Source of the DNA: Candidatus Nanoarchaeia archaeon
GTDB lineage: Archaea; Nanobdellota; Nanobdellia; Woesearchaeales; JANQNC01
Direction of reading: 5' to 3'
Length of the DNA stretch: 32,000 bases
NCBI GenBank assembly: GCA_028279745.1
Contig: JANQNC010000001.1
Location: 30,001 to 62,000, forward strand
Shown here: positions 1 through 8,562 of the stretch, one piece after another
How the letters are laid out: every line of letters starts with the position of its first letter
Numbering within the stretch: position 1 is the stretch's first letter
Notes under the pieces: generated by a model
What the model was told of the DNA's origin: nothing
Databases searched by the model: none
The model's input: only the letters and a program-made list of their open reading frames with translations
Made by a program: the position numbers and the translations under genes

Positions 1-92
1 CAGAATGTGGTGAGAAAATAGGAATCACCAAAAAAATGAAAGCGCCAAAAAGCAAAAAGAAGAAAGCAGAAGTTGATCCGGAGGATATGTAA
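1..92 (+). CDS. 3' end of an upstream CDS (partial, product unknown)
   Basis: Frame 3 is open from the window edge to TAA at 90-92. It translates to ...ECGEKIGITKKMKAPKSKKKKAEVDPEDM*, with a Lys-rich tail. Absent from the ORF track because it is truncated. Confidence 0.35.
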   Translation, partial: ECGEKIGITKKMKAPKSKKKKAEVDPEDM

Positions 93-93
93 A

Positions 94-435
94 ATGGAAC
101 CACTTATTGGAGAATCATTGAAAAGATTCTTGTTAAAACTGGGGAAGTTAAGAGGAGCAAAAATAACCATTAATGGCGAAGAAGAAAAAGGAGCATTCCA
201 TAATGGGGAAGCAGTGTACAGAATTATTGAAGGACAGTATGGCTTGAGAGAGGTGCCAACGAAAGACATAACTGTAGAAAAGAACTTTGGAAAACGTAAT
301 GACAAGATGAAGATTACTCTTCTGTTTGAGGAAGAGAGGAAAACACATGATGATAAAGGGAATGAAACAGGAAAACAGCAAATACAGCATAAAGTTGAGT
401 TGGAATTCCATCTGATGGAGGCACTATCATTATGA
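94..435 (+). CDS. hypothetical protein (113 aa from ATG 94)
   Basis: The ORF-track entry 73-435 begins at a TTG inside the upstream CDS. The first ATG (94) lies 1 nt after the upstream TAA. Its stop overlaps the metG start (ATGA at 432-435), so the two are probably co-translated. No motif recognised. Confidence 0.55.
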   Translation: MEPLIGESLKRFLLKLGKLRGAKITINGEEEKGAFHNGEAVYRIIEGQYGLREVPTKDITVEKNFGKRNDKMKITLLFEEERKTHDDKGNETGKQQIQHKVELEFHLMEALSL

Positions 436-2582
436 GTCCAAGAATATTGGTAACATCAGCACTGCCATACGTAAATAACGTTCCACACTTAGGAACTATG
501 GTCTGTATCTTAAGTGCAGACTGTTACTCAAGATTTCTGAGATCAAAAGGAGAAGATGTTGTGTTTACATGCGGGACAGATGAACATGGAACAACAGCAG
601 AGACAAAAGCTCTTGAGGAAGGATTAACTCCGCAACAATTAACTGATAAATATTTTAAGATACACAAAGAGATCTATGAATGGTTCAACTGTGAGTTTGA
701 CTGTTTTGGAAGGACTTCATCTGAAGCAAACCATTCAGTTGCTATTGATATTTTTAAGAAGTTACACGCAAACGGATATATTGCAGAAGACACAATCGAA
801 CAAACATACTGTGAGAAATGTTCTAAATTCTTAGCAGACAGATTTGTAGAAGGAGAGTGCCCTTATTGCGGATATGAAGATGCAAGAGGGGATCAGTGCG
901 AGAAGTGTGGCAAGTTACTGAATGCGGTAGAGCTTGTTAAGCCAAAATGTAAAGTTTGTGGGAGTTCACCTATCGTGAAAGAGACAAAACACTTATTTGT
1001 GGATTTACCAAAAATAAAACCAGAATTGGAAAAGTGGATGAACCCAGTAAAACAAAAATGGTCAACAAACGCAAGAACCATGACAGATTCATGGATGAAA
1101 GAAGGACTTAAGTTAAGAAGCATTACAAGGGATCTAAAATGGGGAATACCTGTACCTTTAGAAGGCTATGAAGATAAAGTATTTTACTCATGGTTTGATG
1201 CACCAATAGGATATATAGGAATTACAAAAGAAAACAGAGAAGACTGGGGAGAATGGTGGCACTCTTCTGATGTAAGATTAGTACAGTTCATGGGAAAAGA
1301 CAATATTCCATTCCACACAATATTATTCCCAGCATTCTGCATAGGTGCAAAAGATAACTATACATTACTTGACACAATCTCAGTAAATGAATACTTGAAT
1401 TACGAAGGAGGAATGTTCAGTAAGAGCAGAGGTGTTGGAGTATTCGGGGATAATGCAAGAGAGTCAGGAATCCCTGCAGATATGTGGAGATATTATATTT
1501 TGGTTAATAGGCCTGAGAAGACAGATACTGAGTTTAGTTGGGATGACTTCCAACAGAAGATCAATAATGAACTAGTTGCAAATGTTGGAAACTTGTTGAA
1601 TAGGTTAGTCACATTCTTGAACAACAATTATAACGGAGAGATTCCAGGAATAGATCTTGCTGAAGAGGATGAAAAATTCTTAGCATCTGTCAAAGAACAA
1701 GAGAAAGAGATAGAAAGACTGATGGAAGAGATAGAGCTAAAAGAAGCACTAAAGAAAATAATGGTATTATCAAAGAATGCGAATGCTTACTTCCAAGAAC
1801 AAGAGCCATGGCAGAAAATTAAAGATGACAAAGATAGAGCAGGAACTGTTTTGGGTGTGTTGGCTAACGTTATTAAGGATTTGGCAGTGTTATTAGAACC
1901 CTTCATGCCTCAAGTGGCAGAAGATATGTTTAAACAACTTGGCAAAGATAAACTAAAATGGGAAAGTTTAGGTGAACTAACTTTGTTAGTTGGTCACAAA
2001 GTTTCAGAGCCATCAATATTGTTCCAAAAGATAGAAGATGTAAGTGAGTTAAGAGCGAAGTATGGTGGCAAGAAAGAAGAAACTTTGGAAAAAGGTGGAA
2101 ATGCTGAGACTTCAAACAAAAAAGGGGGTAACTTATTGAATCTTAAAGTTGCTAAAATTGTCGAGGCAAAAAAACATCCTGATGCGGATAAACTGATCAT
2201 ATTACAAGTTGATCTTGGAAGTGAGAAAAGACAGATCGTTGCAGGGTTAGCAGAATATTATTCGGCTGAAGAGATGCTTGGAAAGAACATAGTTATTGTA
2301 AGTAATCTAGCTCCAGCAAAATTTAGAGGAGAGAAATCAGAAGGGATGCTTATGGCAGGAGAAGATGAAAGTGCGGTTGGGTTATTGACTATTGAAGCAG
2401 ATGCGGGAGAACAAGTAACGGTTGAAGGTTGTTCTCCTAACAATGAACAGATTAAGTTTGACGATTTTATCAAGTTAAACATTGAAGCAAAAGAAGGAAA
2501 GGTATACTGTGAAGGAAAACAGTTGAAAGTGGGAGATAAAGACGTTGGTATTGAGAGGATCACTAACGGCAAGGTAAGGTAA
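432..2582 (+). CDS. metG: methionyl-tRNA synthetase with C-terminal tRNA-binding domain
   Basis: 716-aa ORF. Class I aaRS signatures PHLGT (HIGH variant, aa 18-22) and MFSKS (KMSKS variant, aa 328-332). Four CxxC pairs (C127/130, C143/146, C156/159, C173/176) form nested zinc knuckles. GGAGG lies 10 nt upstream. Confidence 0.97.
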   Translation: MSPRILVTSALPYVNNVPHLGTMVCILSADCYSRFLRSKGEDVVFTCGTDEHGTTAETKALEEGLTPQQLTDKYFKIHKEIYEWFNCEFDCFGRTSSEANHSVAIDIFKKLHANGYIAEDTIEQTYCEKCSKFLADRFVEGECPYCGYEDARGDQCEKCGKLLNAVELVKPKCKVCGSSPIVKETKHLFVDLPKIKPELEKWMNPVKQKWSTNARTMTDSWMKEGLKLRSITRDLKWGIPVPLEGYEDKVFYSWFDAPIGYIGITKENREDWGEWWHSSDVRLVQFMGKDNIPFHTILFPAFCIGAKDNYTLLDTISVNEYLNYEGGMFSKSRGVGVFGDNARESGIPADMWRYYILVNRPEKTDTEFSWDDFQQKINNELVANVGNLLNRLVTFLNNNYNGEIPGIDLAEEDEKFLASVKEQEKEIERLMEEIELKEALKKIMVLSKNANAYFQEQEPWQKIKDDKDRAGTVLGVLANVIKDLAVLLEPFMPQVAEDMFKQLGKDKLKWESLGELTLLVGHKVSEPSILFQKIEDVSELRAKYGGKKEETLEKGGNAETSNKKGGNLLNLKVAKIVEAKKHPDADKLIILQVDLGSEKRQIVAGLAEYYSAEEMLGKNIVIVSNLAPAKFRGEKSEGMLMAGEDESAVGLLTIEADAGEQVTVEGCSPNNEQIKFDDFIKLNIEAKEGKVYCEGKQLKVGDKDVGIERITNGKVR
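2133..2579 (+). other. Trbp111/EMAP-II-like OB-fold tRNA-binding domain appended to MetRS
   Basis: LNLKVAKIVEAKKHPDADKLIILQVDLGSEKRQIVAGL...VSNLAPAKFRGEKSEGMLMA is the canonical pattern of this appended domain. Confidence 0.85.
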
Positions 2583-2739
2583 GCGTAAGAAAGGCACGAC
2601 AGGAGGAGTGCCACTAACATGTGCATTATGTGATTAAGATGGTGGTGTATTACGTGATAAATGTGTTAGAGTAAAACAATAAACTGGTGATATAGGCGCT
2701 CACAAAATTCGCGCTTTATGAAAAATAAAAGGTGAAAAA

Positions 2740-3159
2740 ATGGCAGATGAAAACATACTAAAAAATGTATTAGAGATGGAAAGAAAGTCAATAAGTAAAT
2801 TACAACAACAGATAAACATAACATCAGAAGAAAAAGTTTTAGAACTATTGGAACAGATGTTGCAAGATCATAAGTCACATTTCAATGATGTCTTAGGGAA
2901 ATTAAAAGAGTTAAACCCGCAACTGAAAGAAGAAGATGTTTCAATCGTACAAACTGCTGAACCTGATCCAGAAGCAATAGTCTCACAAGATGAGTTAGAG
3001 CAGGAATTAAAAAATAATCTGGAAGAGACTTATGTGGAAGTGACAGAATATACAGGTTATGCAGATGAAGCACAAGATCCTGAAATCAAAGCGATGATAT
3101 CAGAGTTTGCAAATGATGAAAAAGATCACGAAGCAAAAATAAAAGAGTTACTTGGCTAG
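2740..3159 (+). CDS. ferritin-like / rubrerythrin-like four-helix-bundle protein (tentative)
   Basis: 139-aa all-helical ORF with two halves. The second half has E..E..Y...(x)..EFANDEKDHEAKI (ExxH). The first half has LEMERKS...LLEQMLQDHKSH, with QDH in place of ExxH. AGGTGA lies 6 nt upstream of the ATG. Confidence 0.5.
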   Translation: MADENILKNVLEMERKSISKLQQQINITSEEKVLELLEQMLQDHKSHFNDVLGKLKELNPQLKEEDVSIVQTAEPDPEAIVSQDELEQELKNNLEETYVEVTEYTGYADEAQDPEIKAMISEFANDEKDHEAKIKELLG

Positions 3160-3888
3160 TAACTTATTTTTTAATTCTTTATAACAAAACTCCATCAAAG
3201 GCTTAAGGTTAATAGTATCTTCTTCGTTGTACTCGATCAATGTGGTTAAGTAATCTTGATCTCCAGATGCATGGAACGCTTTCCAAAGCCAGTAAGGATT
3301 TTCAGAACCACCTCTTAGATATTGAGGTCTTTCAATACCTAGCTGTTTTTCAATATTTTTTAATCCTCCTTCAAGATTAAGTCTTTTGCAGCAATGCCTT
3401 AGATCAATATGGGGGATGGTTGGAATTATGTTTCCAAGATATCTTTTGATTATAGGCAGATCACAACTGCTTCCGTTGAAAGTTATCATTAGTTTGTACT
3501 TTTTTAGTTCTTCTTTTACTACGTCTGGGAATAAGTTAATGTTTCTGACTAATGTTTTAGTTTCTATACCGTTGAAGAGGGTTATTACTGTGATGTCTCT
3601 TTCACCACACATCTCTAAGTCTAAGAAAACAGCGTCATCTTTGAAAAAATGGTATAGTCTCCAGGTCTCAGTGGTTGGGAGAGAGACGAAGAATGAGCTA
3701 TCGTAGTTGACCAATGCATTTTTTGCTTTCATAAGCTGAGAGTTGTAGAACATCTTTCTTTTATCTGATATTCCTTTGATAGTTCCTTTTTTTAGAAAGT
3801 CGTTCCAGTCAGTTATTTTTTGTTTCCAGATGTTAGTTTCAGACTTTTTGCTGATTTTGTCAAGGAAAATGAATGATCGTGTAATCAT
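3148..3888 (-). CDS. RNase H-like 3'-5' exonuclease (YprB/COG3359-type, PolB-exonuclease-like)
   Basis: 246-aa ORF with DEDD motifs in the expected order: VFLDLEM (ExoI DxE), ITFNGSSCDLPII (ExoII), YNEEDTINL (ExoIII Yx3D). Family name recalled from memory. The 3' end overlaps the convergent 2740-3159 gene by 12 nt. Confidence 0.7.
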   Translation of the reverse strand: MITRSFIFLDKISKKSETNIWKQKITDWNDFLKKGTIKGISDKRKMFYNSQLMKAKNALVNYDSSFFVSLPTTETWRLYHFFKDDAVFLDLEMCGERDITVITLFNGIETKTLVRNINLFPDVVKEELKKYKLMITFNGSSCDLPIIKRYLGNIIPTIPHIDLRHCCKRLNLEGGLKNIEKQLGIERPQYLRGGSENPYWLWKAFHASGDQDYLTTLIEYNEEDTINLKPLMEFCYKELKNKLLAK

Positions 3889-3910
3889 GAATCATAAAAG
3901 GACCAATTTC

Positions 3911-3919
3911 CTTAAAAGT
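3911..3919 (-). promoter_or_regulatory. TATA-like box for the exonuclease gene (leaderless geometry)
   Basis: Minus-strand reading cacTTTTAAGg is centred ~28 nt upstream of the ATG at 3888. No SD in between. Confidence 0.35.
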
Positions 3920-3959
3920 GCTCTTTCGGATGGTGTCCAGTGTCCAATGAGGCGATAAC

Positions 3960-3967
3960 TTTTTAAA
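3960..3967 (+). promoter_or_regulatory. TATA-like box for the 3990 pilin-like gene (leaderless geometry)
   Basis: TTTTTAAA is centred ~26 nt upstream of the ATG at 3990. No SD in between. Confidence 0.35.
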
Positions 3968-3989
3968 CTAAAACTATTGAAAACAATGT

Positions 3990-5282
3990 ATGAAAAGGGG
4001 TCAGATAACAGTCTTTATAGTGTTAGGAATAGTTATAGTGATACTGGCATCAACATTCATATTCATAAGAAATTCTGCAATAGAAGAAGATAAGGGAGAA
4101 ATAGTATTTGACAGCTCAGACCCTGTGAAAGTCTACATAGAAAACTGCCTGGAAAGCAAGATGGATGATGTGATAAGATTAGTAGCATTCCAAGGAGGAC
4201 ACTATAAAGCAAACGGATATTCTTTCAACAAAGATTTTGACATAAACCTGTCAGCAGAGATACCTTATTACTACTATGATTCAATAGATCTTTCAACTAA
4301 CTTGACAACCATCGAAAGCGAGCTTGCGCTAGGTATAAAAGACGCAATAGAGTACTGTGTTGATTTCTCACCATTCACATACCCTGTAACTGCAGAAGTT
4401 GACAGAGCAATGGTTGAGACCTCCATAAATGTGAAATCAGTGGATAGTGAGATAGAGCTGCCTGTAGAGATAGAAAGGCAAGATGGAATAACATCAATAA
4501 CTGGGTTTTCAGTATCGATGCCTTCAAACATTTACACTTTGTACAATGCTGCAAAAGAGATAAATGAAGAACAGAAAAAGTATGACAATCTGATATGTTT
4601 GACATGCATAGCAAAAGTAGCAAATGAAAATGACATATACCTATCAAGCTTTGAGATAGAAGATAGTGATACTTATGCAACTGTCTACTCATTAAACGAC
4701 CGAAGCCAAGACGTAGATGGATGGGTGACATTCTCATTTGCACATGGGTTTGTATTAGGAAAAGAAAAAGATGGGAATGTATCGTTTGGTTTCATCGAAC
4801 AACAACTAGCATATGCAGACTCAGAATTTTATTATGATGTAAACGTATCTGGGGCAGTTAAATTTTCAGATAACTCAGACCTGTTTGAGATAGATAGTGT
4901 GACAGGAGTTATTAACTTTACACCTTCTAAATCCGATTTAGGGAACTGGATAACAACAATTAAAGCAAAAGATATAAACAACGAAACAGCATCAAGATCA
5001 TTTTTATTAAAAGTTGAGGTTCCACCCTTAAGATTGTTGGAACCATCCCCTGAGTTAGTGGCTAAAGTAGGTCAGCCATTCAGCTACACCTTCGAAACAA
5101 ACTCAGATGAACAGTTACAATTTTATTCAAACTCAGATCTATTTGAATTGGATAGGATGACGGGAAGAGTATACTTCATACCAACACCTGATGATGTTGG
5201 AGAGTATAGTTTCAGTTTGATCGTGGTGGATGAGAGAGATAACATACTAGTTAAACAGTTGGAGATAAACGTAGTACAATGA
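3990..5282 (+). CDS. pilin-like (class III signal peptide) modular surface protein with two cadherin-like repeats
   Basis: The 430-aa N-terminus MKRG|QITVFIVLGIVIVILASTFIFI has basic residues, then G at -1, Q at +1 and a ~22-aa hydrophobic helix. This is the archaeal prepilin-peptidase-type signal. The head domain is shared with ORFs 15845 and 18871 (V..[YF][IV].[NE]C-x8-[IV]R..[GA].[QH]GG[HY]; [IVL]PY[YW]). Confidence 0.75.
   Translation: MKRGQITVFIVLGIVIVILASTFIFIRNSAIEEDKGEIVFDSSDPVKVYIENCLESKMDDVIRLVAFQGGHYKANGYSFNKDFDINLSAEIPYYYYDSIDLSTNLTTIESELALGIKDAIEYCVDFSPFTYPVTAEVDRAMVETSINVKSVDSEIELPVEIERQDGITSITGFSVSMPSNIYTLYNAAKEINEEQKKYDNLICLTCIAKVANENDIYLSSFEIEDSDTYATVYSLNDRSQDVDGWVTFSFAHGFVLGKEKDGNVSFGFIEQQLAYADSEFYYDVNVSGAVKFSDNSDLFEIDSVTGVINFTPSKSDLGNWITTIKAKDINNETASRSFLLKVEVPPLRLLEPSPELVAKVGQPFSYTFETNSDEQLQFYSNSDLFELDRMTGRVYFIPTPDDVGEYSFSLIVVDERDNILVKQLEINVVQ
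4791..5276 (+). repeat. two tandem cadherin-like / He_PIG-type putative Ig domains (protein-level repeat)
   Basis: aa 268-344 and 353-429 align: F.Y.V....(K/Q)F.(D/S)NSDLFE(I/L)D..TG.(I/V).F.P...D.G.....I...D. This is the typical dystroglycan-type cadherin-like pattern. Confidence 0.6.
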
Positions 5283-7372
5283 GCAAAAAATTATTTGGGA
5301 TAACAGGAATATTGTTTTTGTTAGTTTGCACTTTGGTCGTTGCACAAGAAGATGATTTCTACTCATTTGACCAAAACCAGCAGCAAGAGTTCTTATTAGA
5401 CAATCCAGACTCGGCAGACTTTGACGTTTACGCAAGAGATTACCTTTTAGCATCAGACTTTTCAGACATTCAAGACTTGACAGTTGCGGAAGATTTCTTT
5501 AGATCAGATGATGGATCAAATCTTGCAAACGTAAATGACAACAAAAAACTTTTTGAAAGATATATTGGGGTGCAGGGAAGCAAGATGACCATGCTGGGAA
5601 ATCTTAAAGGATTTAGTGAGTTGGGGGATCTTCAAGGAAAAAATCAAAACATAAACCTTGATGACTTTTTAGAAAGCCCTGCAAAAGATAAATATGAATT
5701 ATTTGTAGATGGAGATGGAACATTAAGAATAGTAACCAAACAAGATCTGATAGTGAAGTTTACAGGAACACTAGCACCAAATCCTGCAGGAGGATTTGAC
5801 CTTGATGATGGAACATTTGAAGACAACAAGATAAAAGGTGGAAAAGGGTTGGTGTTTGATGAAGGCGCAAACTTGGTGGATGGAACAATAACACACTTTA
5901 ATGGAATAGAATTTGAAGGTGACACAAGAGTAAGCATAGGAACATCGAGGTATGGAGATGTAGGGACTGCAGAAGTTGATTATGTAAATGTGTTGGATGG
6001 AGGAACAATAAAATCAGTAGAAGCAGGAAGCTCAGCATTCATAGCGGGAGATGTACAAATAACAGACTACGATGCAATAGACGACCCGATAAGAATCCCA
6101 AGAGGACAAACATTAAACGTAAATGGGGTGAGTATGACTGCCCCATTTGAAACGACTGCAGTTGATTTTGGTAAGAAATCATTGGTTGAGTTAGCAGCAG
6201 GAGCAAGCGCAGAAAGATACACAAACTATGTTAGATTTGTATCTGATGACAGGATAGAAGGATTTGGAAGTGAGGATTTTGAGATAAGCTTTAACTCAGA
6301 AAACTTTGTATCTGAAGCGGATGACCCTTCTAAAGAAGATGATGTACAAATATTACTAAACTCTGCAAACTTCAAGATAAACAACAAGGATGGAAAGTTA
6401 AGCTTTGGATTATCAGATGGAAGCCAGATAAACATAGGGGATAACGAATACTTTGTTCAGGAAGGGAATATACTAAAAACCCCTGGGATGACAGACAAAA
6501 GCGTAACTCATGAAATATCATCAGCACCAGGAGATAGTGTAGTCACAGTAGATGATACAGGAACATCAGTAAACGTTATAGGAGGAAAAAGTGACTTTTT
6601 AGTTGTAGATGCAGCAGACCTGCTACTTGCACGAGTGCAAGACCCAGACGCAATCCAATTCAGGATCAATGATATAGTAAACAAGATAGAGCTGGGTGTT
6701 GATTTGACAAGCAGCGACATAAACTATCTAAAAACATTGTACAAAGGAGTTGCAGTTGGGGGGGCATGGAAATTAGGCTATAATTCAGGAAAAGCACTGA
6801 ATGCGTACATTTCAGGAAAAGGAGGAGATGTTGATTTTGATCCTGACTTATGGAGAGAATCAAACATAGTAAGCAAAAAAGTATTTCCCGAAATAAAAAG
6901 AGATGTAAGAAACTTGGTTGCGGGAGGACAAACATCAGGAACAATACATGAACTAGTAGAACCAATAAGACCAGATGACCAACTAAAAGACACAAAAGGG
7001 ACAGACCCTGAGTTGTTCTATGCAAGCCACAACTCATTCTTAGATGGGACGTGGGAGTTGGGGGATGATGGAAAGATACACTTCAACCTAGAAGTTAATG
7101 ACCTTTACGACTTTGAAAAATACTCGTCAGATGAAGGGGATGAACCTGGCACGATAAGGAAAGTAACACCTTTACCTATGGGGCAGGGCAAGGTAATAGA
7201 CCTACCTGGCTCATTAGCATACCATCTTGAAAACATAAAAGATGAAGATGGTGAGCCGTTAGCAAAAAGATTCAACATGCATACAGAATGGGAAGAGACA
7301 ATAGAAGTAGATTGTACAATTTATGAGTATGCAGATGACACTTGTATAAAAGATGAAGAACAAGGGGGTTAA
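5279..7372 (+). CDS. large secreted protein, function unknown (697 aa)
   Basis: Sec-type signal MSKKLFGITGILFLLVCTLVVA|QEDD. ATGA overlap with the upstream pilin-like gene. Acidic, beta-rich, G/D-rich middle, and a C-terminal ~230-aa globular part with no motif I recognise. Confidence 0.75.
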   Translation: MSKKLFGITGILFLLVCTLVVAQEDDFYSFDQNQQQEFLLDNPDSADFDVYARDYLLASDFSDIQDLTVAEDFFRSDDGSNLANVNDNKKLFERYIGVQGSKMTMLGNLKGFSELGDLQGKNQNINLDDFLESPAKDKYELFVDGDGTLRIVTKQDLIVKFTGTLAPNPAGGFDLDDGTFEDNKIKGGKGLVFDEGANLVDGTITHFNGIEFEGDTRVSIGTSRYGDVGTAEVDYVNVLDGGTIKSVEAGSSAFIAGDVQITDYDAIDDPIRIPRGQTLNVNGVSMTAPFETTAVDFGKKSLVELAAGASAERYTNYVRFVSDDRIEGFGSEDFEISFNSENFVSEADDPSKEDDVQILLNSANFKINNKDGKLSFGLSDGSQINIGDNEYFVQEGNILKTPGMTDKSVTHEISSAPGDSVVTVDDTGTSVNVIGGKSDFLVVDAADLLLARVQDPDAIQFRINDIVNKIELGVDLTSSDINYLKTLYKGVAVGGAWKLGYNSGKALNAYISGKGGDVDFDPDLWRESNIVSKKVFPEIKRDVRNLVAGGQTSGTIHELVEPIRPDDQLKDTKGTDPELFYASHNSFLDGTWELGDDGKIHFNLEVNDLYDFEKYSSDEGDEPGTIRKVTPLPMGQGKVIDLPGSLAYHLENIKDEDGEPLAKRFNMHTEWEETIEVDCTIYEYADDTCIKDEEQGG

Positions 7373-8469
7373 TCATACCACTGTGTCATGTTGTTGATAT
7401 TAAACTGAATAGATTCTGCAAGAAGACTGTTAGCAATTTCACCGATGCTTTCATTTTTACTTGCTATAAATTCACCAATCCTTTCAATATTTTTTAGCTG
7501 CCAATAAGTGATTTTATCATCAACTTTCTTGCTTGCACCGATGCCGAAAGCAGTAGCAGCAATACCCACATCATACATTATAGGGCCGGAGTCAAGATCC
7601 ATGTGATCCTTGAAAGGGGAGTTAGGATTCCACTCTCTGAATCCCGCAATCAACGCAGCGCTTTTCTTATGATGTTTTTTGTAATTCTCCCAAAGCTCTT
7701 TAGCTTCTTTAGGTGCAAAGTTATGCATGTATCTAACACTCCATGATAAAGCGCAGCCTCTTGACTGTCTAGAAAAGCTAGTGTTTCTGCTAACTTCTGA
7801 AAAATGAAGGTTTGTACTTTTATCAGTTGCAGAATCATCCATGTAACAAAGCCAGTCTGCAATAGGATCTTCACTTATATCTGTCTTATAGTTTTTATCG
7901 AAAAGATAAAGTGAATAAAGAGTTACAGACTGGTCTGCAGGCCACTTGAAAAGAGGCTCAGTAGAATCCGCAGGATAAGAAGGCATGTGACATTTTATAT
8001 CTGTAACAGATCTGTCAGCAAGATAGTTAGAAATTTTTTCATTAAGAGTTTTGAACTTATCGCTTCCAGTAGCTCTTTTGTATGCTCCCAAAATAACGTT
8101 GAGGTGGCTAAGATAAAGACCGTGGTTCCCGAATGATTCAACTTTTGGGAGCTTTTCTGTATAAGGAGAAACGTTCGGGTCCAGGGCAGTCTTTACAATA
8201 AGATCTAAACTTTTTCCTGCTAGATTTTTGTAGCTAGGATCTTTAATTGAAAGGTTAGTGAATCCTTCTGCAAGATTAGAAAGCGCGATAATTCTATGAC
8301 TTTCAAAAGTCGTTTTATCTTCTTGAATTGTATGAATTGGGTTATTTAGAAACTGATTAACTTTTGGCTGGATAACTTGAGATGCTTTGTTAGTTGTACA
8401 TGCTTTGTAAGATAGAAATGAAACTAGTGTTGATATAAGTAATATTTTTGCAAATCTTTTTACCCTCAT
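7369..8469 (-). CDS. secreted protein, function unknown (366 aa)
   Basis: N-terminal signal MRVKRFAKILLISTLVSFLSYKA|CTT. GGGAG lies 7 nt upstream. The helical-repeat-looking body (HGLYLSHLNVILGAY, GCALSWSVRYM, GIAATAFGIGA) hints at an alpha/alpha toroid, but this is unverified. Its stop shares TTAA with the convergent 5279-7372 gene. Confidence 0.65.
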   Translation of the reverse strand: MRVKRFAKILLISTLVSFLSYKACTTNKASQVIQPKVNQFLNNPIHTIQEDKTTFESHRIIALSNLAEGFTNLSIKDPSYKNLAGKSLDLIVKTALDPNVSPYTEKLPKVESFGNHGLYLSHLNVILGAYKRATGSDKFKTLNEKISNYLADRSVTDIKCHMPSYPADSTEPLFKWPADQSVTLYSLYLFDKNYKTDISEDPIADWLCYMDDSATDKSTNLHFSEVSRNTSFSRQSRGCALSWSVRYMHNFAPKEAKELWENYKKHHKKSAALIAGFREWNPNSPFKDHMDLDSGPIMYDVGIAATAFGIGASKKVDDKITYWQLKNIERIGEFIASKNESIGEIANSLLAESIQFNINNMTQWYD

Positions 8470-8562
8470 TCTGGTGCTCCCAACACCATCCCCTCATAAA
8501 GGTGTTAATGAGAATTCATTTATAAATGTTTCGAAAGTTATCACTCAGAAGTAATTATATTA

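Noticed and set aside
73-93. TTG start at 73 for the first hypothetical ORF
   Set aside because: It would overlap the upstream CDS by 20 nt. ATG 94 lies directly after the upstream stop and is the more parsimonious start.
2593-2612. GC-rich hairpin GGCAC-n10-GTGCC just after the metG stop, considered as a terminator or ncRNA. The 157-nt metG/ferritin spacer was also scanned for C/D-box sRNA motifs.
   Set aside because: The stem is only 5 bp and no oligo-T tract follows it. No proper C (RUGAUGA) or D (CUGA) box pair is present. This is insufficient to call a feature.
3933-3946. Tandem heptamer GTGTCCA-GTGTCCA in the divergent 3889-3989 spacer as a regulator site
   Set aside because: This is a single short duplication with no second copy elsewhere in the window. 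It is noted but too weak to call.
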